A stretch of 64,000 nt of DNA from an uncultured delta proteobacterium (GTDB taxonomy: Bacteria; Desulfobacterota; RBG-13-43-22). The notes under the pieces were generated by a model that saw nothing but the letters and a program-made list of their open reading frames with translations, was not told the origin of the DNA and searched no databases. The stretch's first letter is position 1. Every line of letters begins with the position of its first letter. Shown one piece after another: positions 18,955-29,592 of this stretch. A program made the position numbers and the translations under genes. The stretch spans positions 74,664 through 138,663 of the forward strand of contig CAVUPH010000042.1 in the NCBI GenBank assembly GCA_963743305.1, given 5' to 3'.

Positions 18955-19934
18955 CAGCTATTTCCTTCCTCACAGGGGTCGCTGTGATTGCCTAACAGTA
19001 TTTTCATATGGTTTCGGATCAATTCGGGGAGCCGGTTCAAGGAGTACCCCCCTTCCAGGATCGAGATCACCCTCCCCCGGGCGTACTGATCCGCCAGCCG
19101 CTTGATGCGCTCCATGATCCAGGAAAAGCCGGCGGTGGAAAGATTGATATTGGACATGTCGTCGTCCGCATGGGCGTCGAATCCGGAGGAGAGTAAGATC
19201 ACCTCGGGTTGGAAACGCTCGAAGGCCGGGATCAAGTCTCTTTCGATGGCGGTCCGGTATTCCTCGTCCCCGTGCCCGGGCAGCACCGGTGAATTAAGGG
19301 TGTAACCATACCCGGCCTCTATCCCCTTCTCGAATTCCCGGCCGGTGCCGGGGTAGGAAAAGGTCGGGTGCTCATGAATCGAATAATAAAAGACCGTGGG
19401 GTCCCGTTCGAAAATATGCTGGGTCCCGTTGCCGTGGTGGACGTCGAAGTCAACGATTCCGATGCGCCGGATGCCCCATTCCAACTGCAGGTAGCGGGCG
19501 GCAATGGCCACGTTGTTGAAAAAACAAAAACCCAGGGCCCGGTCCACCTCGGCGTGATGTCCGGGAGGCCGGACGGCGCAGAAGGCATTGTCCAGCTTTC
19601 GCTCCATGACCTGCCGGGTGACTTCCAGGATTCCCCCCACGGCCAGCAGGGCGGTTTCAAAGGTCTCCTCGCAGATTTGGTTATCGGGGTGATCCAGCTC
19701 GCTCTTACCCATGAGGCAGGCCTCTTCAAAACGCCGGATATGTCCGACGCTGTGAACGGCTGCGATCCAGCGCTCTTCCACCGGGCAAGCCGGGATGATC
19801 GTCAGTTGGTCGAGGAGGGCATCCTGTTGCAGTCCTCGGTGAATGGCCGTCAGTCGCTCCGGGACCTCCGGGTGATAAGGCCCGGTCTGGTGGCGGAGAA
19901 AACGTTCATCAAAAAGAAGACCCGTCTTGTTCAT
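18954..19934 (-). CDS. histone-deacetylase-family (AcuC/Hda-like) deacetylase
   Basis: RPPGHHAE, FCFFNNVAIAARYL, IVDFDVHHGNGTQHIF and SSGFDAH motifs. Confidence 0.9.
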   Translation of the reverse strand: MNKTGLLFDERFLRHQTGPYHPEVPERLTAIHRGLQQDALLDQLTIIPACPVEERWIAAVHSVGHIRRFEEACLMGKSELDHPDNQICEETFETALLAVGGILEVTRQVMERKLDNAFCAVRPPGHHAEVDRALGFCFFNNVAIAARYLQLEWGIRRIGIVDFDVHHGNGTQHIFERDPTVFYYSIHEHPTFSYPGTGREFEKGIEAGYGYTLNSPVLPGHGDEEYRTAIERDLIPAFERFQPEVILLSSGFDAHADDDMSNINLSTAGFSWIMERIKRLADQYARGRVISILEGGYSLNRLPELIRNHMKILLGNHSDPCEEGNS

Positions 19935-20181
19935 AATCCGGAATTATTATTTTCCGTTGTCTTTTTGTCAACAGCTTTATGCTTCGACCTTGATCTGAGC
20001 CGACGTCATTAATAAATTGACTAACCCGGAGGACTTCGCTAAAGATCAATAACTATAATAATCAAGGATTTTTGGATGAACTTCGAAAGGGGTCTCAAAA
20101 ATTCTACCTGGATCGAATTCACCCCTGGCCTCCGCCCCACTTGTGCTTGGGAGTTTTGACCCTCAATAGTCCAAGAGCACC

Positions 20182-22085
20182 ATGAAACCGTGGAAATTTG
20201 CTTTCCTCAGAAAAACGGCCCTGCCGATTCGGCTTCAAAAAGATAGACCGGCGATGAAAAACTCAAAGGAGGAGTCCCCGTTCCCTCAAGGGTCATCCCG
20301 GGAAAAGGTTTCTCGAGAATTCATCGTCTTGACGGTACTCCTGCTCTATGCGCTGGTCGTCACCTATCCGCTGATTGTTCATTTATTGGATCGCCTTCCG
20401 GGGTGGCCCGGAGACAATCTGTATTTTCAATGGGAACTGTGGTGGTTTAAGCGGGCGATTCTCGACCTTAAGATCAACCCTCTCCATAGCCCGGACCTCT
20501 ATTATCCCGCGGGGCTGGATCTTTCCCGGGATGAAGTGACGCCGTCCAATACCCTCCTGGGGCTTCCCCTGACGGCCCTCTGGGGCCCGACCGCGGCCTA
20601 TAATCTCCTGGTCCTGGCTTCATTTGTGCTCACCGGATACGGTATCTACCGAATCGTTTTCGAGGGAACCGGAAATCGCTGGGCCGGATTGCTGGCCGGA
20701 GTCGCCGCTTCCATCGCCCCTTACCGGATGACCCATTTGGCCGGGCATCTGAATTTGATGGCTACCCAATGGATCGTGCTGACCCTGCTGTTTTTGGGGC
20801 GGTGGTTCAAAGACCAACGCCCCGGCACCATGGTCCTGGCCGGTCTGTTTTTCGCCCTCAACGGCCTGGCCGCCTGGTATTACTTTTATATCGGGACCGT
20901 AACCGTCGGCTTCTACCTGCTGCTGAGGTCCTGGCCTTTTGGAGCCTTCTGGAGGCAGCGTCGGGCCTGGTCGGGCTTGCTGATTTTTGGGCTGGTTTCT
21001 CTGTTGCTGGTTTTGCCCTTTGCCCTGCCTATCTTCAGATTGAGAGATCAGGGCCTGCTGGAACGGTCGATTTCCGATCTGGAGGCCTATGGGGCCAGTC
21101 CCGCGAATTTTCTGCTCCCCAACCCCTGGCATCCGCTCTGGGGAAATTTAGTCTGGAAGGTTTTTCCTGCTCAGTGGGGGGCGGTGGTGGAGCAAAACCT
21201 GACCCTGGGCCTGTCGGTTATGCTCTTGGCCGCTCTGGGAACAGTGGCTTATTTTCGGAATCGGGAAGTCCGGTTATGGCTTTGGCTGGCGGTGATCAGC
21301 GCGATTTTAGCCATGGGCCCGACGCTCAAGTGGAACAACCACCGTTGGGCATTCCATCTCCCGGCCCTGGCGGTTCAATGGGCCGAACAGACGGGTTTCA
21401 CCTCTTTCCTGGATCGTTGGGTGGACCCCCAGTACGGTGAGGCCATCCGCGCCGGAAAGGGGTTCGTCCCTCTGCCCCTGATGCTCTTTTATGTCTGGTC
21501 CCGCTCACCTCGGCCATGCGGGCTTTGGTGCGTTTTGGCTGGATCACCTTTCTCTCGGTGAGCGTCCTGGCCGGATACGGGATTCATTGGTTCCTCTCGA
21601 AAATAACCGGTCGTCGGGTCTTGGTTTGGGGGTCCCTGGCCGTGGGCTTCCTCCTGATCCCCTTGGAACTCTGGACCCAAATTGCGCATTGGACCTCTAC
21701 CCAACCCCGGCCGGTCGACCGCTGGCTGGCCGCACAGCCCTGGCCGTCGCCCGTGATCGAGTATCCTTTCCTGGATAATATTTCCTCCCGGCTCATGCTG
21801 GCTCAAACCGTTCACCAGCAGCCTCTGATCATGGGAGGGTTACCGCCTTCTTTTCATCCGCGGGAGTTATACCAAAGGAGCGAAAAGCTGAGATCTTTTC
21901 CCTCCCCGGCCGGAATCGAGGCCCTGCAGGGTTGGCGGACCCGCTATATTCTGGCCACTCCTTCCCACTTTCCCGGCGATCCGTCCTGGCGGGAATTCAG
22001 GAATAAACTGACCCGATTCCCGGAGGTCCGACTGGTAAAGGAAATCAACGGCGTTTGGGTTTATGAATTGCAATTGAGCGATTGA
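20182..22085 (+). CDS. large polytopic membrane protein (GT-C/ArnT-PMT-like fold suspected), frame-disrupted near 21490
   Basis: Track ORFs 20182..21561 and 21516..22085 join as ...GKGFVPLPLMLF / LVPLTSAMRALVRFGWITFLSV. There are ≥10 TM helices followed by a soluble C-terminal domain. The family call is from general resemblance only. Confidence 0.55.
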
Positions 22086-22111
22086 ATGAATGGTGCGGAT
22101 GGCAACCGCCC

Positions 22112-22948
22112 CTACCATTTTTGATCCAGTTCCCCTAAAGGGGAAGGGTCTTCCGATTTTCTCAGGGGAGGCTCGGCCTGCAGCGGCGCAGGGACATCGC
22201 TGGTCTCAGGAAGAGGGGGCCCTTCATTTTTCATCTCCGGCACCATGACCTCCTCAAAGGCCGGGATGACGATGCCCCTACGGACCATGATGTTATAAAA
22301 GATCCGGGAGCGATGGACCACGTATTTGGATTGGCTCCGCGGGTTGTATTTTCGAGGGTTGGGGAGGACGGCGGCCAGGCGGGCCGATTCTTCCGGACCT
22401 AAGGCCGAGGCCGATTTTCCATAGTAATTTCGGGCCGCCGCTTCAATGCCGAAGATTCCCTCTCCCCATTCCACCACGTTTAAGTAAAGTTCCATGATCC
22501 GCTTTTTAGGGAGCGCTCTTTCCAGTCGCCAGGTCAGGATGGCCTCCTTGAGTTTTCGGATGGGATTCTTTGCCGGGCTGAGAAATAGATTTTTGGCCAA
22601 TTGTTGGCTGATGGTGCTGCCGCCGACCTTGAGCTTGCCCTCCTTAAGGTCCTTTTCCATGGCCTTCTGGATCGCTTCAAGATCAAAGCCCTCGTGCTGA
22701 TAGAATTTATCGTCTTCGGCGATAAGCACGGCCTTGATCAGGTAAGGCGAGATCCGCGACAGGGGAACCCACTGGCGTTTGATTTTTATATTTTTTCCTT
22801 CTCGCTGCCACTCTTTCTCCCGGTATTCCATAAAAGCGGTCTTGACGGGATTTTCCTTCTTTAGCTTCCCCACGTTCGGATAAAGGAAAAAGGAACCAAA
22901 ATAAAGAAAGAGGGCCGCGAAAAACACCAGTGCAATCTTAGTAAGCAT
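22112..22948 (-). CDS. mtgA: monofunctional biosynthetic peptidoglycan transglycosylase
   Basis: GT51 motifs: AVLIAEDDKFYQHEGFD, GGSTISQQLAKNLFLS, RKLKEAILTWRLE and ELYLNVVEWGEGIFGIEAAA. Confidence 0.92.
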   Translation of the reverse strand: MLTKIALVFFAALFLYFGSFFLYPNVGKLKKENPVKTAFMEYREKEWQREGKNIKIKRQWVPLSRISPYLIKAVLIAEDDKFYQHEGFDLEAIQKAMEKDLKEGKLKVGGSTISQQLAKNLFLSPAKNPIRKLKEAILTWRLERALPKKRIMELYLNVVEWGEGIFGIEAAARNYYGKSASALGPEESARLAAVLPNPRKYNPRSQSKYVVHRSRIFYNIMVRRGIVIPAFEEVMVPEMKNEGPPLPETSDVPAPLQAEPPLRKSEDPSPLGELDQKW

Positions 22949-23043
22949 AGTTGAAGCACTTTTTCAAAGTTCTTTGCCCGTTCGGACAGGATGTTTGTTT
23001 TGAGTCGCCGCCGGATGTTCAACCTTCGACGTTCATTTCATAT

Positions 23044-23258
23044 GGAAATAGAAGGTTCGGTGGTCATTCCAGCTCCGGGCAAATCCCCCTAAATCCCCCT
23101 TTGCCCCCGCGTGCCGCGGGGCAGGCGCCGGGGGACTTGGACTCCCCCCTTGGAAAAAGGGGGGCAGGGGGGGATTTTCATGTTTCGCGGGTGCCCGCCT
23201 CGAGCATGGGGGTTTAATACGAAAATAGAACCCGGCGCCACTCGGGCAATCATCAATA
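23044..23258 (+). repeat. family-B G5ATTT-type intergenic element, long form, copy 1
   Basis: AAATCCCCCTAAATCCCCCTTTGCCCCCGCGTGCCGCGGGGCAGGCGCCGGGGGACTTGG ... GGGGGATTTTCATG ... TTAATACGAAAATAGAACCCGGCGCC. Nearly identical to 30180-30392. Confidence 0.9.
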
Positions 23259-23472
23259 ATTAATAATTAACAATTGATTATTAATTATTAATATCATGAG
23301 GTTAAGTTGTTTCCGCGCCCCTATTATTTTCATGCTTCACGGGTACCCCACGAGGCGAAGCGCCTCTTTTATTAAGGGGTTGCCCCGCCTGCCGGATTAG
23401 GATAAATTGATATTCCTACCCTTTGACGCCTGTCAAGTCAAGAGGGTTCGATTACCTTGAGGGAGGATTTGA

Positions 23473-25197
23473 ATGGATGCCGAACAAAAACTATTGATGG
23501 ATCTAACCGCAGAACCCATGATCGCCTATTTTACCATGGAGATCGGGATCAACAGCAATATTCCCACTTACAGCGGCGGACTGGGGGTGCTGGCCGGGGA
23601 TACGATCAAATCGGGGGCCGACCTGGAACTGCCGATGGTGGCGGTGACCCTGCTTACCCGGAAGGGATTTTTTCGCCAGGAATTGGATGAAAAAGGCCGG
23701 CAGATTGAACATCCCTATATTTGGGATCCGGCCACGTATATGACTCGGCTGAGCCGGCAGGTTTCAGTGGAGATCGAGGGCCGGGCGGTGGCAGTCCAAG
23801 CCTGGCACTATGTGGTCAAAAGTTTAACCGGAGGTAAGGTTTCGGTTTTTTTCCTGGATACCGAAGTGGAGGGGAACGCCCCGGAAGACCGGGGAATCAC
23901 GGCCTCGCTTTACGGCGGTGACCAGGCCTACCGGCTTAAACAGGAAATCGTCCTGGGTATCGGGGGCGCCCGCATGCTGAAGACTTTGGGTTTCGAAATC
24001 AAGAAATACCACCTCAACGAAGGGCACGCCAGCCTGCTGACCCTGGAGTTGCTGAATAGGTTTAAAAGGCCCATCGAGGACGTCTGGGACGAAAAACTGA
24101 TCTGGGACGTCCACAGTGTAAAGGATCTCTGCGTCTTTACCACCCACACCCCGGTGGAGGCCGGTCATGATCGTTTTCCGTACGACCTGGTCGAGCGGGT
24201 CCTGGGGAGCCTCATCCCCCTGGATATCCTCAAGGGGCTGGCCGGGGCGGACGACCTGAATATGACGGTTTTGGCCCTGAACTTGACGGAATTCGTCAAT
24301 GGGGTGGCTAAAAAGCATGGGGAAGTATCCCGGAATATGTTCCCGGGATATAAAATCAATGCCATTACCAACGGGGTCCATTCCTATACCTGGACCTGCG
24401 ACAGCTTTAAAAAACTATACGATAAATACCTGCCGGGCTGGGCCAATGAACCGGAGCTTTTCGTCCGGGTGGGCCGGATACCGGATATCGAAATCTGGGA
24501 GGCCCACCAAGCGGCCAAAGGTGTACTACTGGATTACGTTTTTAAGCAGACCGGGGTGGAAATGGATTTGGATGTCCTGACCATCGGGTTCGCTCGACGG
24601 GCTACGGCCTACAAACGAGCCGACCTGGTGTTCAGCGACCTGGAGCGGCTGGAAAAGATCGGCAGCGGGAAAATCCAGATCATCTACGCCGGCAAGGCCC
24701 ATCCTCGGGACACACCGGGCAAAGTCCTGATCGAGAATATTTTTGCTTATAAGGAGCGTTTGGCCGGAAAAATAAAGATGGTTTATTTGAGCAATTACGA
24801 TATGGACATCGCCCTGAAGATGGTCTCCGGAGTAGATGTTTGGCTGAATACTCCCCAACGGCCCCGGGAGGCCTCCGGCACCAGCGGCATGAAGGCCGCT
24901 CATAACGGGGTGATGAATTTCAGCGTCTTGGATGGCTGGTGGATCGAAGGCTATATCGAGGGGGACACCGGCTGGTCGATCGGCCCCAGTCCGGTGGAAA
25001 CGAACCTGGTGGAGAACCACGACACCCGGGACTCCGATGACTTGTACGCCAAGCTGGAAACGGAAATCATCCCTACCTATTACGACGCCCGGAGCATCTG
25101 GGTCTGGATGATGGGGAACACCATCGGTCAGAATGCCTACTATTTCAATACGCACCGGATGATGCGGCGCTACGTCACCGAAGCCTATATTCGCTGA
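23473..25197 (+). CDS. alpha-glucan phosphorylase, short GT35 type
   Basis: FTMEIGINSNIPTYSGGLGVLAGD at the N-terminus and the PLP-site motif REASGTSGMKAAHNGVMNFSVLDGWW. Confidence 0.9.
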   Translation: MDAEQKLLMDLTAEPMIAYFTMEIGINSNIPTYSGGLGVLAGDTIKSGADLELPMVAVTLLTRKGFFRQELDEKGRQIEHPYIWDPATYMTRLSRQVSVEIEGRAVAVQAWHYVVKSLTGGKVSVFFLDTEVEGNAPEDRGITASLYGGDQAYRLKQEIVLGIGGARMLKTLGFEIKKYHLNEGHASLLTLELLNRFKRPIEDVWDEKLIWDVHSVKDLCVFTTHTPVEAGHDRFPYDLVERVLGSLIPLDILKGLAGADDLNMTVLALNLTEFVNGVAKKHGEVSRNMFPGYKINAITNGVHSYTWTCDSFKKLYDKYLPGWANEPELFVRVGRIPDIEIWEAHQAAKGVLLDYVFKQTGVEMDLDVLTIGFARRATAYKRADLVFSDLERLEKIGSGKIQIIYAGKAHPRDTPGKVLIENIFAYKERLAGKIKMVYLSNYDMDIALKMVSGVDVWLNTPQRPREASGTSGMKAAHNGVMNFSVLDGWWIEGYIEGDTGWSIGPSPVETNLVENHDTRDSDDLYAKLETEIIPTYYDARSIWVWMMGNTIGQNAYYFNTHRMMRRYVTEAYIR

Positions 25198-25232
25198 GCG
25201 CGGAGCGCCGGGCGCATAGCATAAGGAGTGAT

Positions 25233-25267
25233 GGAGCGCGGAACACGAAGCATTCGCTCCGCGCTCC
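25233..25267. terminator. GC-rich hairpin between convergent genes (10-bp stem, no T-tract)
   Basis: GGAGCGCGGA (25233-25242) pairs with TCCGCGCTCC (25258-25267). It is embedded in GCGGAGC-type simple repeats spanning 25198-25280. Confidence 0.35.
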
Positions 25268-25280
25268 GCGCTCCGCGACC

Positions 25281-26540
25281 TTAGAAGCGCCAGGTCAAAC
25301 CAAATTCATAGCTCATTTCGGTCAGGTTGGATTCCAGGCGAGCAGGCTGGCCGTTAAGGGCCGTGCCATCTTCGCTGATCGATTCCCCGAAACCGTAGGT
25401 GTAGCCCACATGGGCGGAAAAACGGTTGGAAAATTCGTACCCAATTCCGAGAGTGACATGGCTTTTGGTGATAGCCGGGAAGCCGATAATCCGGAAGGTT
25501 TCATAGTAATAGGCGGGCATGAATTTGCCCTGGACCTGGACCGGGTTGGTTCCCGCGAAACCGTTGTGGCTCTTGACCGGATTGTTGGCATAGTTGTAAC
25601 CGGCCCGCAGCACCAGTTTATCCGTGGCCTTGTACTGGACTCCAAAGCCCAGAACCCACTGGTCTTCCCAGTCGAAATCCTTGTAACCGGCGGCGTTGGC
25701 CCAATTGATCCACTTGCCGTCCATTTCGACCAACAGCTTGCCCGGCAGGATATCGAAGGCCACACCCAGACCCGCCTGTTGCGGTGATTCCAGATCGAGA
25801 TCATCCTTGGTGCCGTTTCCGTCGAAATCCGCGACTCGCTCGTGTTTCACCTTCTGGGGGGTGACATAGGTGGCGCCCAGGGAGAGTCGATCCATCGGCT
25901 TGTAAATCATGCCGAGTTGGGCCCCAAAAGCATAGCCGGCGGAGGTGCCGCTGCCCAAGTCCAGCATGGCGTAATCCATGTGAGCGGCCAGGCCGAAGGA
26001 AAATTGGCTGTTCGGCTCAAAGGCGATGGAGGGGGCGAACTTCATGATCGACAACTGGGTGTAGCCGCCGGCGACCAGGGGAAACCCGCCAAAATTGGCA
26101 TACTGGGGCTGATCCAGGCTGGTATTGCGATAATCCACCCCCAGCCCGGAGACGCCGTAGGCCGCTAAGCCGAAACGCCAGAGGGGCAGGGTCTTGGTAA
26201 TCGGGGTGGACAGGCCGATGGCCGGGATGGCATAGACATTTTCCTTGCTGTCCGCTTTGATCGTATTGCCCCCCAGCGTCACCTTGGCGTCCACCTTGGG
26301 GGTGAAGAGGGTCCCGGCAAAATTGAATTCCGACCCCGGGCAGTAGGGCCCGAAGCACATGGCGGCCGGGTTGGAAAACACGGCGCTGATGGCGTCCTGG
26401 GGAGCGGCGATGCCCACGCCGCCCATGGCCCGGGAGGCCGGTCCGATGCCGATTAAATTGTCCCCGTTGGTGGCCAAGGCCAGGGAAGCCCAGAGGACCA
26501 CCAGTCCCACCAGAACACCCATTTTCAAGATCTTTTTCAT
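25281..26540 (-). CDS. outer-membrane transport protein, FadL/TodX (OMPP1) family
   Basis: Signal peptide, then GIGPASRAMGGVGIAAPQDAISAVFSNPAAM near the N-terminus. The body has alternating beta-strand composition and the C-terminus ends in FGLTWRF. Confidence 0.85.
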   Translation of the reverse strand: MKKILKMGVLVGLVVLWASLALATNGDNLIGIGPASRAMGGVGIAAPQDAISAVFSNPAAMCFGPYCPGSEFNFAGTLFTPKVDAKVTLGGNTIKADSKENVYAIPAIGLSTPITKTLPLWRFGLAAYGVSGLGVDYRNTSLDQPQYANFGGFPLVAGGYTQLSIMKFAPSIAFEPNSQFSFGLAAHMDYAMLDLGSGTSAGYAFGAQLGMIYKPMDRLSLGATYVTPQKVKHERVADFDGNGTKDDLDLESPQQAGLGVAFDILPGKLLVEMDGKWINWANAAGYKDFDWEDQWVLGFGVQYKATDKLVLRAGYNYANNPVKSHNGFAGTNPVQVQGKFMPAYYYETFRIIGFPAITKSHVTLGIGYEFSNRFSAHVGYTYGFGESISEDGTALNGQPARLESNLTEMSYEFGLTWRF

Positions 26541-26604
26541 GCCTTCATCTCCTTTCTTCCTTTCGATTTTGAATGATTAAAAAAGGTATATGTAGACTCC
26601 TCCC

Positions 26605-27859
26605 CTAGTGAATCAAGGCGTCGGCCACCAGGGAGGAGAGAAATTGAACTTCCACACCCATCTGATAATGGTCGTTTAAATCGCTGAGCTGGGTGTGGCA
26701 GTTTTCGCAGGCCGTGGCCAGAATTTTGGCCCCCGTTTTTTTGACCTGGTCCACCTTGACCGTCACCGATTTCATGCGAAAGTCGAGCGTCTCCTCCCCC
26801 AGGGCCACCAGACCGCCGCCGCCGCCGCAGCACCAGTTGTAGCGTACATCCGCGGTCATATCGATAAACCGGCTGGTCAACCGGTTAAGGATATACCGCG
26901 GTTCATCGATGATTCCGGCGTTGCGGGCCATCTGGCAAGGGTCGTGATAGGTGATCGGGACCTGGAATTTGTCTTTTTCTACCCGGATCCGGCCCTCCCG
27001 GAGGTAACGGGCGTGGACTTCGGTAATGGAACTGACTTTGAAAGGCTGTTTCCCGGAAAGCTGCTTCATCACCCGGAAGGCGGTGCCGCATTCGCAGATG
27101 CAGACCTCCTTCACTTTCAGCCTTTTGGCTTCATTCAGGATTCGATCCAAGATCAGCTTCGTCTTGGTGGGGTCACCGACAAAGGCCCCAAAGTTGACCG
27201 CTTCAAAAAAACTCAAGGTCCAGTTTTCCTTGGCGGCGTTGAAGATGGCGGCCGCCGGGATAATCGAATGGGCTCCGGCCAGGGCCACGTAGAGCAGATC
27301 GGCCCCCTCCACATCCACAGGAATGGGCGTTTGCCCGGCTTCCCCCCGCCATTTTTCAACGACCTGGGCCTCCAGGTTTTTGATTCCGGTCAAGAAATCC
27401 CTCTTTGAAGAACTCCAGGGACTTTCCTTTTTCAATGGAGGTGTCGGCCAGCATGGAAAGGATCTCCGGCTCGGTACCGGATCCGACCAGGAGCAGTTTG
27501 GCGATCGACATCAGCATCTGGGTATCGATGCCATGGGGGCAGTAGACCATGCAGCGCCGGCAGCCGGTGCAGGAGTAGGCGGCTTCCGATAACTCCTGGA
27601 GGGCCATTTCGGTCAATTCCTTGCTTTCCCCCCAGGCGGGAAAGGCTTTCCCCTGGCCCTTAAAATATTTCTTATAAATCCGCCGGACGATCTCGTGGCG
27701 GTAGGCTGAAATATAGCGGACCTGCCCCATGGACTGGTAGGCATGGCAGGCCTCGGTGCAGGTCCCGCACCGCGAGCAGGTCTCCAGGTAAAAGCGCATG
27801 GCTTCATTGAGTTTGGATTGAAAGAGTTTCAGTAAATCGTCGCGTGTTTTTTCATCCAT
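26605..27859 (-). CDS. DsrK/HdrD-like Fe-S protein (2x[4Fe-4S] ferredoxin + CCG domains), frame-disrupted near 27392
   Basis: Motifs: CSRCGTCTEACHAY, CTGCRRCMVYCPHG, then YHDPCQMARN, NWCCGGGGG and ACENCH. Track ORFs 27356..27859 and 26605..27435 join as ...SLEFFKEGFL/TGIKNLEAQ with a 1-nt indel. Confidence 0.8.
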
Positions 27860-27861
27860 GG

Positions 27862-28578
27862 CTATCCCCTCCTCAATTTATTCATGGGAATAGTTAAAAA
27901 AGAATGCATGATCTTGCTATAAGGAAAGAGCATAATGAACAGGTTAGCAAAGAAGATATGCAGGACCAACATGAAGGAGTGTCCGGTCTGGTAGGCGGCA
28001 TCCGGGACTTGGGGGCGCAGGAACAACAGGCTGGTGAAATAGGTCTTATAATCGCCGGGCCCCATTTCGCCGTAACCATACCAGCGGCGGGCCCAGTCCA
28101 TCTGGGCGCCGAAGAGCACGGTCAGAAACAGCAGAATCAGCAGATAATAGTCTTCCGGAATGGAAAGGTCCCTGACCGGCGAGGCGAAACGCCGAAAGAG
28201 AAAGAAGAGCAGGGCGAGCGATAAAACCAGTCCGACGAAGCCTTTCCCCAGAAAAATCTCGTGGGGGATGAACTGGAAGACATTGAAGCCCTCGAACATT
28301 TCCAGATGGCCGATGATCAACAGCAGCAGGGCGAGGTGGAAGGACATCAGAAAGACCCAGTGCAACGGTTTATGCCGCCGGACCGAGGGCATGAAGAAAG
28401 AATCCGCCAGGGCCCAAAACCAGGGGGGATTTTTTTGCGGATAGATCTGCAGGGTGCTGGCCGGATTCTTCGGACTGCCGATGATCTTGGCCAACTTGGT
28501 TATTGTCCCCACGATAAAGACCAGGAACGCCAGGTAGACCATGGGTACCAGGATCAGGTAATAAATCGTTTTCATCAT
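27862..28578 (-). CDS. DsrM/HdrE/NarI-like dihaem b membrane subunit
   Basis: Multiple (about five to six) TM helices. Conserved-looking His pairs (SFHLALLLLIIGHL; HSFMLVLHIFF) and the PYSKIMH tail typical of the nitrate-reductase-gamma-like family. The stop lies 2 nt before the next start. Confidence 0.8.
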   Translation of the reverse strand: MMKTIYYLILVPMVYLAFLVFIVGTITKLAKIIGSPKNPASTLQIYPQKNPPWFWALADSFFMPSVRRHKPLHWVFLMSFHLALLLLIIGHLEMFEGFNVFQFIPHEIFLGKGFVGLVLSLALLFFLFRRFASPVRDLSIPEDYYLLILLFLTVLFGAQMDWARRWYGYGEMGPGDYKTYFTSLLFLRPQVPDAAYQTGHSFMLVLHIFFANLFIMLFPYSKIMHSFLTIPMNKLRRG

Positions 28579-28702
28579 TTCCTCCTATTGGATAAAAAGA
28601 AGGATCCTCTTTCCCTCAAAAGGATTTTTCGCGTTGCCCCTCTGCCGGAGAAGGGCCCCGCCCCCGGATTCCGGGGACGGGGGTTGGGGAAGTTGAGGAG
28701 GT

Positions 28703-28945
28703 TTACTTAAGGCGTTTGATGTAAATTTTTATGACCCCGTCGCCTTGGTCGGTTTTTAAAATTTCGTTGCCGCTGGTTCGGGCCCAGGCCGGAAAATCCG
28801 CGAGCGCCCCGGGGTCCGTGGTCAGGGCTTCGATCACCTGGCCTACCTGAATCTCTTTGATGCCCTTGCTGACCTTAACCACCGGCATGGGGCAGGGAAG
28901 TCCTTTCAAGTCCATCACTTTGTCAACGTTGAATGTTTCAGCCAT
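28703..28945 (-). CDS. tusA: TusA/SirA-family sulfurtransferase
   Basis: 80 aa with DLKGLPCPMPVVKVSKGIKEI, which contains the CPxP active-site motif. Confidence 0.9.
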   Translation of the reverse strand: MAETFNVDKVMDLKGLPCPMPVVKVSKGIKEIQVGQVIEALTTDPGALADFPAWARTSGNEILKTDQGDGVIKIYIKRLK

Positions 28946-28966
28946 TTTTTTTCTCCTTCTTAAATG

Positions 28967-29518
28967 TTAAAGAAATAAGGTAACTTTGCTGTTGATGGCA
29001 TGTTCCAGAAAGGTGGCCACCCCGACGTATTCCACCCCGGGGTAATCGATCATTTCTTCATGCTTGAAACCCATGAGGTCCATGGACATTTCGCAGATGA
29101 ATATCTTGACTTCCAGTTCGGCGGCCATTTTGATAAACTCTTCCAGAGAGGCCACGTTTTTCTTTTTCATGAGCGATTTCATCATGGCGGTACCCATCCC
29201 GCCCATGTTCATCTTGGATAGCTTTACTTTCCCGGCTCCCTTAGGGAGCATGGAGCCGAACATCGTACCCATCAAGTCCTTGCCGCCCACATTCTTGTTC
29301 TTATCCCGCAGGATCGGCGTGCCCCAAAAGGTAAAAAACATAATTACTTCCAGACCCATAGCCACGGCCCCGGTAGCGATAATAAAAGCGGCCAGGGCTT
29401 TGTCCAGATCCCCGCTGAAAACGATCATGGAGAGTTTTTCCTCCGGTTTGGAGCCGGCCAGGCCGTCCACTTGGGCTTTTAATTCGGCCAGTTGTTTTTC
29501 AATGGCTTCCATTTCCAT
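28967..29518 (-). CDS. DsrE/DsrF-like (DrsE_2-type) family protein
   Basis: KLSMIVFSGDLDKALAAFIIATGAVAMGLEVIMFFTFWG and KIFICEMSMDLMG, with a conserved Cys. Confidence 0.8.
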   Translation of the reverse strand: MEMEAIEKQLAELKAQVDGLAGSKPEEKLSMIVFSGDLDKALAAFIIATGAVAMGLEVIMFFTFWGTPILRDKNKNVGGKDLMGTMFGSMLPKGAGKVKLSKMNMGGMGTAMMKSLMKKKNVASLEEFIKMAAELEVKIFICEMSMDLMGFKHEEMIDYPGVEYVGVATFLEHAINSKVTLFL

Positions 29519-29592
29519 AACATCCCCCTTTCGGTGAATTGGGTTAATTTACCTTGTTATCGTTAATAGGAGTAACAAAACAATCCAACCAG

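Noticed and set aside
22951-23217. 88-aa ORF, and similar ORFs at 48375..48785 and 54993..55274
   Set aside because: They are read through family-B repeat elements (Pro/Gly runs from C5/G5 tracts), so they are artefacts of the repeats.
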